Shown one piece after another: positions 54,031 through 63,369 of a stretch of DNA of 64,000 bases; within the stretch, counting starts at the first letter, position 1, and each line of letters begins with the position of its first letter. The DNA is from Cyanobacteriota bacterium (GTDB taxonomy: Bacteria; Cyanobacteriota; Cyanobacteriia; Cyanobacteriales; Nostocaceae): positions 1 to 64,000 of the forward strand of contig JBJOKS010000023.1 of the NCBI GenBank assembly GCA_046045965.1, in the 5' to 3' direction. Position numbers and translations under genes: made by a program. Under the pieces are notes generated by a model. The model saw only the letters and a program-made list of their open reading frames with translations. It was not told where the DNA came from and searched no databases.

Positions 54031-55083
54031 ATGGCCACAAAAATCCCCGTTACAGTCATCACAGGCTTCTTAGGAAGCGGCAAAACCAGCATTATCCGTC
54101 ACCTGCTCCAAAACAACCAAGGACGACGCATAGCAGTATTAGTCAACGAATTTGGCGAACTTGGAATAGATGGAGAATTATTGAAATCTTGCCAAATTTG
54201 CCCCGAAGATGAAATACAAGAAAATCCAGAAAAGACTAATATATTTGAACTCACAAACGGCTGTTTATGCTGCACCGTGCAAGAAGAATTTTACCCGACA
54301 ATGCGGGAATTAATTAAACGCCGAGATAGTATAGATTGTATTATCATTGAAACCTCTGGTTTAGCCTTACCCAAACCCTTAGTTAAAGCTTTTCGTTGGC
54401 AAGAAATCCGCAATGCTGCTACAGTAGATGCAGTGATTACAGTTGTAGATTGTGCTGCGGTTGCATCAGGAACATTTGCTAGTGATTTAGATGCCATAAC
54501 TGCACAAAGACAAGAAGATGATAGTCTAGAACATGAAACACCATTACAAGAATTGTTTGAAGACCAACTTGCTTGTGCTGATTTAGTAATTTTGAATAAA
54601 ACCGATTTAGTTGATGATCAGCAAAAATCCCAGGTAGTAGAATTAGTCAAAAACGAATTACCTAGAGAAGTGAAAATAGTCTCTAGTGATTATGGTAAAC
54701 TTGACCCATCAATATTATTAGGATTTGAATCCGCAGTTGAAGATAATTTAGATGATCGTCCTAGTCATCACGACACAGAAGAAGATCATGATCACGATGA
54801 TGAAATTAATTCAACTCACGTGATTTTAGATCGTACCTTTGACCCGGAAAAACTGCAAGAAACATTAAAGAAACTTGCAGAACAACAAGAAATTTACCGA
54901 ATCAAAGGTTTTGTCGCAGTTGCGAATAAACCCATGCGGTTAGTTATGCAAGGTGTAGGAAATAGATTTGATAAATTTTATGACCGTCCTTGGAAAGTTG
55001 AAGAACCAAAACAAACCAGTTTAGTTTTTATCGGTCGTAATTTACAATCTTCAGAAATAGAATCTCAATTAGTAGCTTTGTAA
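54031..55083 (+). CDS. cobW: cobalamin biosynthesis GTPase CobW
   Basis: TGFLGSGKT, NEFG, NGCLCCT, ETSGLA, NKTDL, His/Asp-rich linker, YRIKG. Confidence 0.92.
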   Translation: MATKIPVTVITGFLGSGKTSIIRHLLQNNQGRRIAVLVNEFGELGIDGELLKSCQICPEDEIQENPEKTNIFELTNGCLCCTVQEEFYPTMRELIKRRDSIDCIIIETSGLALPKPLVKAFRWQEIRNAATVDAVITVVDCAAVASGTFASDLDAITAQRQEDDSLEHETPLQELFEDQLACADLVILNKTDLVDDQQKSQVVELVKNELPREVKIVSSDYGKLDPSILLGFESAVEDNLDDRPSHHDTEEDHDHDDEINSTHVILDRTFDPEKLQETLKKLAEQQEIYRIKGFVAVANKPMRLVMQGVGNRFDKFYDRPWKVEEPKQTSLVFIGRNLQSSEIESQLVAL

Positions 55084-55084
55084 T

Positions 55085-55549
55085 ATGAATATCACAGATT
55101 TGTTTAATGTTGCCAATTTGTTTGTTTTACCTTTTTGGGCTTTAATGATTTTGTTACCTAACTGGAATTTCACCCGCAAGGTAATGGAATCATATCTACC
55201 TTTTGTGGTTTTAGCTGCTGCTTATGTGTATTTATTTGTTGTCAGCATAACTCCAGAAAACGCTGCTGCTTTATCAAATCCTCAGTTAGCAGATATAGCT
55301 AGGTTTTTTAGTGATGAAACTGCTGCTGCTACAGGTTGGATTCACTTTTTAGTAATGGATTTATTTGTCGGAAGATGGATATATTGGGAAGGACAAAAAA
55401 CCGGAGTTTGGACAATTCACTCTATAGCTTTGTGTTTATTTGCAGGTCCAATGGGTGTACTTTCTCATATTTTCACAGCTTGGATTTTTAAAGCATTTTC
55501 TAAAGGTTCTGAAGGTGTGACAGTAGAAGAAAAAGCCGCCGTTAATTAG
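55085..55549 (+). CDS. ABA4-like (DUF4281) membrane protein
   Basis: LPFWALMILLPNW, GWIHFLVMDLFVGRWIY, LFAGPMG. Confidence 0.85.
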   Translation: MNITDLFNVANLFVLPFWALMILLPNWNFTRKVMESYLPFVVLAAAYVYLFVVSITPENAAALSNPQLADIARFFSDETAAATGWIHFLVMDLFVGRWIYWEGQKTGVWTIHSIALCLFAGPMGVLSHIFTAWIFKAFSKGSEGVTVEEKAAVN

Positions 55550-55627
55550 ATTCACAATTGAGAATCCCAAAAAAACAGGGTTTAGCAATGCTAAACCCCT
55601 ACAATATGGGGATGATAGTTAATTGAA

Positions 55628-55852
55628 TTATGCAGCGTGAGCTATTCGATAATTAGCATCTAACCAACAACGTGGTAATTTCTCTCCTGATGGAAAAACC
55701 AAATCTTCCTTTTTATAGCTGTCTGTTTCCTGTTCTTCCTGTCCTTCTTGGTCTTTAGCGTGTACAATCTGACTATTAGGATCAATTAGTTCTTGAACAT
55801 CAACAATTTTGACTAAATCACGGCTATTTTTGAGTTGTAAAAACATATCCAA
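55628..55852 (-). CDS. small conserved-type hypothetical protein
   Basis: GQEEQ..LVFPSGEKLPRCWLDANYR resembles a small cyanobacterial family. Confidence 0.75.
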   Translation of the reverse strand: MDMFLQLKNSRDLVKIVDVQELIDPNSQIVHAKDQEGQEEQETDSYKKEDLVFPSGEKLPRCWLDANYRIAHAA

Positions 55853-56002
55853 AATCCTCCATTAATTGTTTAGTTTAATGTTGAAGGAAGTGTGAATTTT
55901 AAGCGCAGAAGTACACGGAATAACTGGTAAATTAAGTACAACATTTACATCAACAATCAAATCAAGCAGGTGTTACTCTTGACTTCTGACTCCTGCACTA
56001 AA

Positions 56003-56311
56003 TTAGATTTCCCGTTGATATTTTTCCAATATATCAACCAAGTTTACTTGACATTGTAGCGGCAATAAATCAATCAAAGGTAGTTCTTTTCTACCACCAC
56101 CAATTTTCACGGGGATGGATGCTAACAATTGCAAAACTCGGTCTTCATTGACGGTTTTGGAAGTAATTAAAGGATATAATTTTTCAGCAACAACTGTATG
56201 CAATTTGGCATCAGATAGGTAAAGATGCCATTTAGCAATATCTATATAGACATTTTCGCCAATTTCTGCGGCTAGGGCTTCTAGTAGTTCTGTGGTAGGA
56301 GTTGTAGCCAT
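56003..56311 (-). CDS. DUF3181 family protein
   Basis: LAAEIGENVYIDIAKWHLYLSDAKL, VKIGGG; start set at MATTPT. Confidence 0.8.
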   Translation of the reverse strand: MATTPTTELLEALAAEIGENVYIDIAKWHLYLSDAKLHTVVAEKLYPLITSKTVNEDRVLQLLASIPVKIGGGRKELPLIDLLPLQCQVNLVDILEKYQREI

Positions 56312-56431
56312 AAATATAACCTCATTCTCAGTAATAGTAGAATATTTGAGCTTATTTCCCATTATGGCGCATCTAGCTAGGCTTTATCTACCACCATCGG
56401 TTACAATTGCCCCAGCATCAGCAGTCATTCT

Positions 56432-56689
56432 TCAGGTTGATGAGGGTGGAGTTTCCGAATAATTAGCGATCGCACTAATATAAATGAAATGCAGCAATAT
56501 TACTCCTACCCAACCCAGAGTTAATGGTGTCAACCATTCCCAGGATGTTGTTTTCAAGATGTGGAAAAACCACAACCCAGAATTAACCGTAGCAGCAACC
56601 GCTACATGGAAAGCAAAATTCATGCGATCATCTAACTTGCGAAAATCTGGATCTTTACGATCTGGTTTGCGTGGCCAACGAGGAGGCAT
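56432..56689 (-). CDS. 2TM-domain conserved membrane protein
   Basis: MPPRWPRKPDRKDP..LDDRMNFAFHVA..NSGLWFF, two hydrophobic helices. Confidence 0.8.
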   Translation of the reverse strand: MPPRWPRKPDRKDPDFRKLDDRMNFAFHVAVAATVNSGLWFFHILKTTSWEWLTPLTLGWVGVILLHFIYISAIANYSETPPSST

Positions 56690-56905
56690 AAATAATTAAT
56701 ATTTGTGAATTTGTGAATTTGTTACAGATGTTAACACATTCTCGTTATTTTACGGTGCTGGGGGGGAAATTACTATAGCTGGAGTGAGGTAGCCATATTT
56801 ATTTGTCAAGGCTGAGAATAAAGAATAGGGAATATGCTAATAGTAACAGGTGTTTACCAATTACCAATTACCAATTACCAATTACCAGCCCAACAGATAT
56901 GATAA

Positions 56906-57307
56906 CTATTTAAACCGATATGATGTGACTGAATTTTCCCAAGCAGACTCAATAGTCTCCAGTAACTTAGGAATATCATAGGGCTTAGTTACCCAATGGG
57001 AAATGCCTAAAGATGAAGCTAATTCCTCTGAATAACCATAAGCCGTAGCGAATACCACAGCTAAATTGATTCCTTCTAACTGGAGTTGTTGGTAAACCTC
57101 CACCCCGGTTAATTCCGGCATTCTATTATCTAAAATTAACAAATTAGGTTGATACTTAACTACTATTTCTAAAGCTTCTTTTCCATTCCTAGCTTCTTGA
57201 ACTTCCCAGCCTTCTTCCTCCAGCAAAAAAGCCAGCATTTCTCGACTATCATCATCATCATCTGCAATTACAATTTTACGGTTATTTAAATTCTTATTCA
57301 TCATCAA
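56906..57307 (-). CDS. single-domain response regulator
   Basis: IADDDDD, LILDNRMP, ATAY, TKPY. Confidence 0.9.
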   Translation of the reverse strand: MMMNKNLNNRKIVIADDDDDSREMLAFLLEEEGWEVQEARNGKEALEIVVKYQPNLLILDNRMPELTGVEVYQQLQLEGINLAVVFATAYGYSEELASSLGISHWVTKPYDIPKLLETIESAWENSVTSYRFK

Positions 57308-57324
57308 TTTTGTTATCCTATCTT

Positions 57325-58512
57325 CTACTTTATGGGTATATAAAAAACGTAATTATTTGGTTCAGCTTGAGAATTATTTAATCCAGGAATTGAAGTAAAA
57401 CTAACTTGGGCTGATTCAAAATTAGGCATCTTATTAGCTGTCACCTTGACCATTCCTCCTTTACCAGCACTTTCAAAAGCTTGCAGAAAATAACGGAGTA
57501 ATTGACGAAAAAGACTTTTCAAATCTGCTGTTACTGTAATTGCTTCTTGCCAGTCAGTGATAACTTCTACCTTGCGAATTTCCGCTTCAGTTGATAACAG
57601 GTCAACTAAACCGCCCAGACTATCAGTAAGTGATATAACTTGAACGGTGCCAACATCAAATGATGCCAAATTGCGCCAAATTTCTGCTCTTTGACGAAAC
57701 ATCTGAATTGATTTTTCTGCCTGTTGAATTAATTTCATGGCATAGTCTAGACGGTTAACAGCTAACATCCGAGAACTAATCTCTAATTTTAAACGTGCTG
57801 CATGATGTCCTTGGATAATATCCTGACGTAGTTCTTCTAATGGCTGATAATCATCAGGATTTGATGTTAACACACGGCGGATATTTTTTTCTAAGTTTGC
57901 TACCACAAATTCTGCTTCAATACCTCTAGAAGCACACAAAAATATTTCTTTTAATCGCTGCCTAGCTTGAGGAGAACGCAGAGAAATACTTAACACACCA
58001 ATAATTTCTTGTTTTTCGTTACGCAGGGGAATTCCTTGGCAAGTAAAAGGATGAAAGCCTTCAATAAAATGTTCTGCTGCCACAATTTCCACATAATTTT
58101 CTTCAGCTAAAGTAGTACCAATACCATTAGTACCCGCTACAGCTTCTGATAGCAAAGAACCAGGGCTAGGAAATGATTCTGAACCGTGTATAGTTTGCTC
58201 ATCACCGATTAAATCTAGTAGAATTGCATTGGCATCACTTAACATCACCGCATGATGTTCTTGTCCAGCAGCTTGAGATAAATTACGAAAATACGGACGA
58301 ACTAGATTAATTAAATAACTATGTTTATCTATCAACCGTTCTGTCTCTAAACTAGATAGTTTTTCAGCTTGTAGCGCATAGGGGTTAGCCCCTTGCAAGT
58401 GCGCTCTTTCCCAAGCCCGATAGATTTCTGTGCGTAACATCTCAGCACGAATACCACCTGTGACTCTATAGATACGTCCTGCTTCTAAAGTATTTTTCCC
58501 TAAAGTAGACAT
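57325..58512 (-). CDS. AcoR-type GAF domain protein with degenerate kinase-like C-terminus
   Basis: IYRAWER, LSDANAILL, SEAVAGTNGIGTTL, EHF, FTCQGIPL, IIGVLSIS; the C-terminus lacks clear N/G boxes. Confidence 0.72.
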   Translation of the reverse strand: MSTLGKNTLEAGRIYRVTGGIRAEMLRTEIYRAWERAHLQGANPYALQAEKLSSLETERLIDKHSYLINLVRPYFRNLSQAAGQEHHAVMLSDANAILLDLIGDEQTIHGSESFPSPGSLLSEAVAGTNGIGTTLAEENYVEIVAAEHFIEGFHPFTCQGIPLRNEKQEIIGVLSISLRSPQARQRLKEIFLCASRGIEAEFVVANLEKNIRRVLTSNPDDYQPLEELRQDIIQGHHAARLKLEISSRMLAVNRLDYAMKLIQQAEKSIQMFRQRAEIWRNLASFDVGTVQVISLTDSLGGLVDLLSTEAEIRKVEVITDWQEAITVTADLKSLFRQLLRYFLQAFESAGKGGMVKVTANKMPNFESAQVSFTSIPGLNNSQAEPNNYVFYIPIK

Positions 58513-58993
58513 GGGTTGTTACTAAACATTTTTACAACTATTCTCTAAGTGTTTTACCACTTTCTTTGATCATAACAAGCAGTCAATAAAAGGCTGTGGG
58601 CTATATGTTGTGGTGTGTTGAATAAACAATTTAAATTTTCGCATAAAATATTCATAATTACGATCATTGTTAAAGTATCAGACAAAAGGAATAAACTCAT
58701 ACTTTTTGATTGAAAAAACTCAAACAAAATCAACAATTAAAAGAATGAAGAATTTAGAATTTAGAATTTAGAATTACGTTTGGCAACGGGGATTTTACCC
58801 CGACGGAAAACCCGCTGCTTGTAGAAGCAGGGGACTTTCACCCCCAAAGGTAAGTTAAAGCAAATTAGTATCAACCAAATGGATGGTTTTCATTTAGTTA
58901 ATTTAACACTGATTCATCTTTTTGATAGAGGTAGTAAATCAAGTCAATTGTGAAGATTGAAAAAACCATGAGAGCCTTAATAGGTGAATAAAA

Positions 58994-59191
58994 ATGACTA
59001 AAGCCAATCCTGTTGAACTGCAAAAACACTTGAAAGGTGTGGACTATCCTGCCACTAAGGACGAATTGATTGAAAAAGCTAGAGAACAAGGCGCAGATAA
59101 AAAACTGCTTTCATTACTAGAACAATTACCAGAAGATGAGGAGTATGATAATCCCGTTGACCTTAACAAAGCTATAGGTGAGATTCAGTAA
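58994..59191 (+). CDS. DUF2795 family protein
   Basis: LKGVDYPATKDELIEKA..GA..LP..Y..PVDL. Confidence 0.85.
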   Translation: MTKANPVELQKHLKGVDYPATKDELIEKAREQGADKKLLSLLEQLPEDEEYDNPVDLNKAIGEIQ

Positions 59192-59275
59192 GAATAGGAA
59201 ATGGGTAATGGGTAATAGGAAATGGGGACTGGGGACTGGGAAAAATAATCAATTACCAATTACCCAATCTAAAAT

Positions 59276-59791
59276 CTAAACTCTTAAAGTGGTATAATTT
59301 CCTGATTTTCCGCCTGTCTTACTGACTAGACTAATGGATTCAATTTGAATTGATTTTTCTAAAGCTTTAGCCATATCGTATAAAGTAAGAGCAGCAACAG
59401 AAACCGCCGTTAAAGCTTCCATTTCCACACCAGTTTCCGCCTTAGTTTTGACTGTGGCATAAATTTGATAACCGGGTAGTTCAGCATCTGGTGTGATATC
59501 AACGGTAATTTTTTGCAAAGGTAAGGGATGACAGAGGGGAATTAAATTAGCTGTCTGTTTAGCGGCCATAATCCCCGCTAACCTAGCAGTTGCCAAAACA
59601 TCCCCTTTAGGAGCATTTCCCGCTGCAATAGCCGCAAAGGTTTCTGGCTGCATCCGCACTTTAGCAGTAGCCACAGCTTCCCGCACAGTGGCGACTTTGC
59701 CAGACACATCAACCATTTGCGCCTCTCCCTGGGGGTCGAGATGAGTCAGTTGAGAAGAATTTGAAGAATTTGAAAAAATATCTTGCGTCAT
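59276..59791 (-). CDS. moaC: cyclic pyranopterin monophosphate synthase
   Basis: [43 protein letters not shown]. Confidence 0.97.
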   Translation of the reverse strand: MTQDIFSNSSNSSQLTHLDPQGEAQMVDVSGKVATVREAVATAKVRMQPETFAAIAAGNAPKGDVLATARLAGIMAAKQTANLIPLCHPLPLQKITVDITPDAELPGYQIYATVKTKAETGVEMEALTAVSVAALTLYDMAKALEKSIQIESISLVSKTGGKSGNYTTLRV

Positions 59792-59812
59792 TCCAGAAGT
59801 ATGTGTTATTAT
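59783..59812 (+). promoter_or_regulatory. candidate sigma70-type promoter of tRNA-Arg
   Basis: TTGCGT-18bp-TATTAT with extended -10 TG; the -35 lies inside the first moaC codons. Confidence 0.45.
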
Positions 59813-59828
59813 AAAACTCGTTGGTTAA

Positions 59829-59902
59829 GGGCGTGTAGCTCAGTGGACTAGAGCACGTGGCTACGGACCACGGTGTCGGGGGTTCGAATCCCTCCTCGCC
59901 CG
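59829..59902 (+). tRNA. tRNA-Arg(ACG)
   Basis: GGGCGTG acceptor, D-arm GCTC..GAGC, anticodon arm CGTGG-CTACGGA-CCACG, T-loop GTTCGAATC; CCA not encoded. Confidence 0.96.
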
Positions 59903-59914
59903 TTCAATAACAAT

Positions 59915-59955
59915 AATTGCACAAACTCTGTAATCGGGTTTGTGCAATTTGTTTT
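59915..59955 (+). terminator. intrinsic terminator after the tRNA
   Basis: AATTGCACAAACTC-loop-GGGTTTGTGCAATT followed by a T-rich run. Confidence 0.8.
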
Positions 59956-60070
59956 GGGAGGCAGGAGGCAGAAGGCAGGGGAGGTGGGGGAGCAGGGGAG
60001 GCAGGGGGAGTAGGGGAAGATTAATAACCCAGTCCCCAGTCCCCAGTCCCCAGTCCCCAGTCCCCAGTAC

Positions 60071-61303
60071 CTACACCCTGCTTTTTAAAGCATAGACATC
60101 TTCACCACGACCAAAGGCAAAGCGGAGAGACTGGGAGATATTTTGACTGGACTGGGTGACAAAAATCAGAACTGCCAGGACAGTTAAGCCAGTAGCAAAA
60201 CCAAATGTACTGCGATAGCCGATTTGTTCAGCAACAAAACCCACAACAGGACCAGCTATAGATAGTCCAACATCGAATCCCATTAAAGATACGCCAAATA
60301 TCCGCCCTCTTTCATGGGGTAAGGCTCTATCTGTCATCATCGCAGAAATCATGGGAATAGCAGTACCAGAAGCCGCACCTTCAATAACTGCTCCTATTAA
60401 GAAAATTAAGGCGCTGTTTGCTTGCCAAATAAATACCATTGCTAAAGTATAGGCAATCAAGCTGAAAGTTACAAATAAACCGCGTCCATATTTATCAGAA
60501 GCCTTACCAGCAAATAATCTAATACTGAAACTAGCAATAGCGGCTGCTGTGAAAAACAACCCAGCATTTAAATCTACTCCGGTTGATTTAATGTACAAGG
60601 CGATAAAGGTATGTACAGTACCCAAAGATAAACCAATCAGTAACAAAACAATGGCAGGTACACGCACACGGGGACTAATTAGCAGTTGCCAAAATCTATC
60701 CTCAGTGGCATTTTTAGGTTTTTCAACAGCAGGTGGATTAACAATGGGCAAGATACATAGTAAACCCAAACTACCTGAAACAGCAGAGAAAATAAATAAT
60801 GGAGTATAACCAGCTACTGCCATTAAATATCCACCTAAAGCCGGACCAACGGCTACACCGACGGGATTAACTAAACTCATATAGCCGATGACTTCACCGC
60901 GACGGTGTTCTGGTGCTAAATCTCCTACTAAGGCGATGTAAGCTGTACCAAAAGCGGCAATACTGATGCCATGAAAGGCACGAATTACCATTAAAGGTAG
61001 AAGTGATTTTACTACTAAGTAACCAAGGGGTGCGATCGCAGCAACTGCCATCCCAATCAGTAATACAATCTTTCTGCCCCGACGGTCTGCTAACATTCCC
61101 ACTTGAGGGCGAAATACCAGCATCCCAATGGCAAAACTACCCATAACAATACCAATTTGTTGCTTTGTTGCTCCCAGAGACTCAATATATAAAGGTAAAG
61201 TAGGCAACAGTGAAGCTAAACTTGACCAAAATAATAAACCAGCTGCAAATAATATCAGTAGGTTGCGCCGCAGATTAGCGTCAAAAGTATCAAAATCTTT
61301 CAC
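60071..61303 (-). CDS. MFS transporter
   Basis: ~12 TM; motif A GMLADRRGRK and GKASDKYGR. Confidence 0.93.
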   Translation of the reverse strand: MKDFDTFDANLRRNLLILFAAGLLFWSSLASLLPTLPLYIESLGATKQQIGIVMGSFAIGMLVFRPQVGMLADRRGRKIVLLIGMAVAAIAPLGYLVVKSLLPLMVIRAFHGISIAAFGTAYIALVGDLAPEHRRGEVIGYMSLVNPVGVAVGPALGGYLMAVAGYTPLFIFSAVSGSLGLLCILPIVNPPAVEKPKNATEDRFWQLLISPRVRVPAIVLLLIGLSLGTVHTFIALYIKSTGVDLNAGLFFTAAAIASFSIRLFAGKASDKYGRGLFVTFSLIAYTLAMVFIWQANSALIFLIGAVIEGAASGTAIPMISAMMTDRALPHERGRIFGVSLMGFDVGLSIAGPVVGFVAEQIGYRSTFGFATGLTVLAVLIFVTQSSQNISQSLRFAFGRGEDVYALKSRV

Positions 61304-61350
61304 GGCAGATGCAATGTAATATTTAGTAATTTTGTATTTCTATTGTTACG

Positions 61351-62361
61351 TTACTTAACATTTTTTGCCACTACTTCCCGCACCCGATATATTGGCCTTC
61401 CCTGAGATTCATGATAAGTACGCATTAGCAATTCTGCCAAAAGACCGAAGCAGAATAACTGCACACCGGTTACAAGCAATAAAACCGCCAAAATGAGTAA
61501 AGGACGATTACCGATATTCGCCTGAAAAAACAACTTCACGAAAGTTAAGTAAATTCCTATTCCTCCCCCAGCAACCATTGACAACAAGCCAAACAGCCCA
61601 AAAACGTGCATGGGACGGGTGAGGAACTTTTTCATGAATAGAATAGTTAATAAGTCCATTAACACCCGGAAAGTGCGGGAAATTCCATATTTACTTTTGC
61701 CAAAACGCCGCGCATGATGACGCACAGGCATTTCTGTAATTCTTGCCCCTTCGATATATGCCAAAGCAGGTAAAAAACGGTGTAATTCTCCGTAAAGGTT
61801 CATATCTGCGACTAATTCGCTACGATAGGCTTTGAGAGAACAACCATAATCGTGAATATAAACGCTAGTAGTACGACGAATTAACCAATTAGCGATTTTT
61901 GAAGGAAGTAACCGATTTACCGCCCCGTCTTGGCGATTTTGCCGCCAACCACTCACCAAATCATAACCCTCATCCAGCTTTGCTAATAACATGGGAATAT
62001 CCGCTGGGTCATTTTGCAAATCAGCATCTAAGGTAACAATTGCTTTACCAGTGGCATAATTAAAACCAGCAGACATAGCCGCAGTTTGTCCGTAGTTGCG
62101 GCGTAAAATTACTGCTTTTAAATCAGTGCGAATTTGTGCCTGTTCTTTAAGAAATTCTGGAGAACCATCCGTAGATCCATCATCTACACAGATAATTTCA
62201 TAACTTAAATTACTAGCTGTTAAGGTTGTAGAAATGGCTTCTAGTAATAAAGGCAGACTTTCTACTTCATCTTTAATTGGTAAAACTACGGATACATCTA
62301 GTAATTTTTGATTGGTAATTGGTGATGGGTGATGGGTGATGGGTAGTTGGTAATTGGTCAT
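61351..62361 (-). CDS. polyprenol-phosphate GT2 glycosyltransferase (ArnC/GtrB-like)
   Basis: VDDGSTD, RNYGQTAA, DADLQNDP, DYGCSLKAYR, HRFLP; two C-terminal TMs. Confidence 0.9.
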   Translation of the reverse strand: MTNYQLPITHHPSPITNQKLLDVSVVLPIKDEVESLPLLLEAISTTLTASNLSYEIICVDDGSTDGSPEFLKEQAQIRTDLKAVILRRNYGQTAAMSAGFNYATGKAIVTLDADLQNDPADIPMLLAKLDEGYDLVSGWRQNRQDGAVNRLLPSKIANWLIRRTTSVYIHDYGCSLKAYRSELVADMNLYGELHRFLPALAYIEGARITEMPVRHHARRFGKSKYGISRTFRVLMDLLTILFMKKFLTRPMHVFGLFGLLSMVAGGGIGIYLTFVKLFFQANIGNRPLLILAVLLLVTGVQLFCFGLLAELLMRTYHESQGRPIYRVREVVAKNVK

Positions 62362-62381
62362 AGGGATATTAAAACAGTTAG

Positions 62382-62488
62382 CTTGTTCCCAGTCTCTGAC
62401 TGGGAATCATATCATAGAGGTTCTACCTTTAGTGTCATTCAAGGCAGAGGCTTCTAGAATTCATTCCTATACAGAGTATGGGAACGAG
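62382..62488. repeat. multi-hairpin REPIN-like element
   Basis: inverted relative of 40900-41006. Confidence 0.75.
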
Positions 62489-62491
62489 TAA

Positions 62492-63193
62492 TTATGAATT
62501 ACCAACATAGCTTTTTATCACTCTACCAGCACCGCGTAATTGTTGATAATATGTCTGACTAACTTTATCACCTTGTTCTGAAAGTTGATCAATTCCTATA
62601 CCGTTGCGTCCTTGTTCTTTTCCTGAACTGTGAATATAATAACCATCACCTAAATATAAACCTACATGAGTTGCTTTTTGGGGAGTTCCAAAAAAGATTA
62701 AATCCCCTGGTTCGATATCATTAATATTAATTGGTTGGGTAAAAGCTTCTTGTTGATAAGCGTCTCTTGGCAACCAAATACCCACAGATACAAAAGCAGC
62801 TTGCATTAAACCAGAACAATCATAATTTGGTCCTACTGTTCCACCCCACAAATAATAATTAGTTTGCTGCATTGCTTGTTGGGTAAATTCAATTACCTCT
62901 GGGAGTAGTTTTTTAATTTCCGATTCCGTAAAAGATGCAGGTTCGTAGGGTGTGGTAGCAGGTTGTAATAAGGACAAATCATTAACAGTAACCCACCCTG
63001 GATAATCATCTTCACATAAACAAACTTGAATTGCTGTATCTTGATGATTTGATGTGATGCGTAAATTGCGGCCAGCAGCAGCTTGAGTGGCTAAACGGAC
63101 GCATTCAGGAGCATCATATAAATTGAGGTCAGCTAGACATTGATATTCGTTGGTAGGGGAATGGGGAATTAGTAAATTTAAATTTAAAGACAT
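62492..63193 (-). CDS. NlpC/P60 (C40) cell-wall peptidase
   Basis: YLWGG..YDCSGL..LPRDA, PGDLIFF, HVGLY, YIHSS. Confidence 0.93.
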   Translation of the reverse strand: MSLNLNLLIPHSPTNEYQCLADLNLYDAPECVRLATQAAAGRNLRITSNHQDTAIQVCLCEDDYPGWVTVNDLSLLQPATTPYEPASFTESEIKKLLPEVIEFTQQAMQQTNYYLWGGTVGPNYDCSGLMQAAFVSVGIWLPRDAYQQEAFTQPININDIEPGDLIFFGTPQKATHVGLYLGDGYYIHSSGKEQGRNGIGIDQLSEQGDKVSQTYYQQLRGAGRVIKSYVGNS

Positions 63194-63369
63194 ATTTTTG
63201 TCAGAATCAGGACACCCTTCGGGAAGTCAAAAGTCAAAAGTCAAAAGTCAGAATTTGGTGGACAGAATCAGGATTTACAGGATTATATCATGTTTGGTTG
63301 AAAAAATAGTCTTCTATTTGTAGGTTAGAGTAAGTGGATAAACCCAACATTCTGAGGATTTAATCAAAT

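Noticed and set aside
56700..56740. GTTACAGA-TG-TTAACACA resembling an RpaB HLR1 or NtcA site
   Set aside because: Several mismatches to HLR1 and wrong spacing for GTA-N8-TAC; not distinguishable from chance in AT-rich DNA.
59829..59960. tRNA-Arg as an island integration site
   Set aside because: No duplicated tRNA 3' end or integrase was seen; flanked by housekeeping-type genes.
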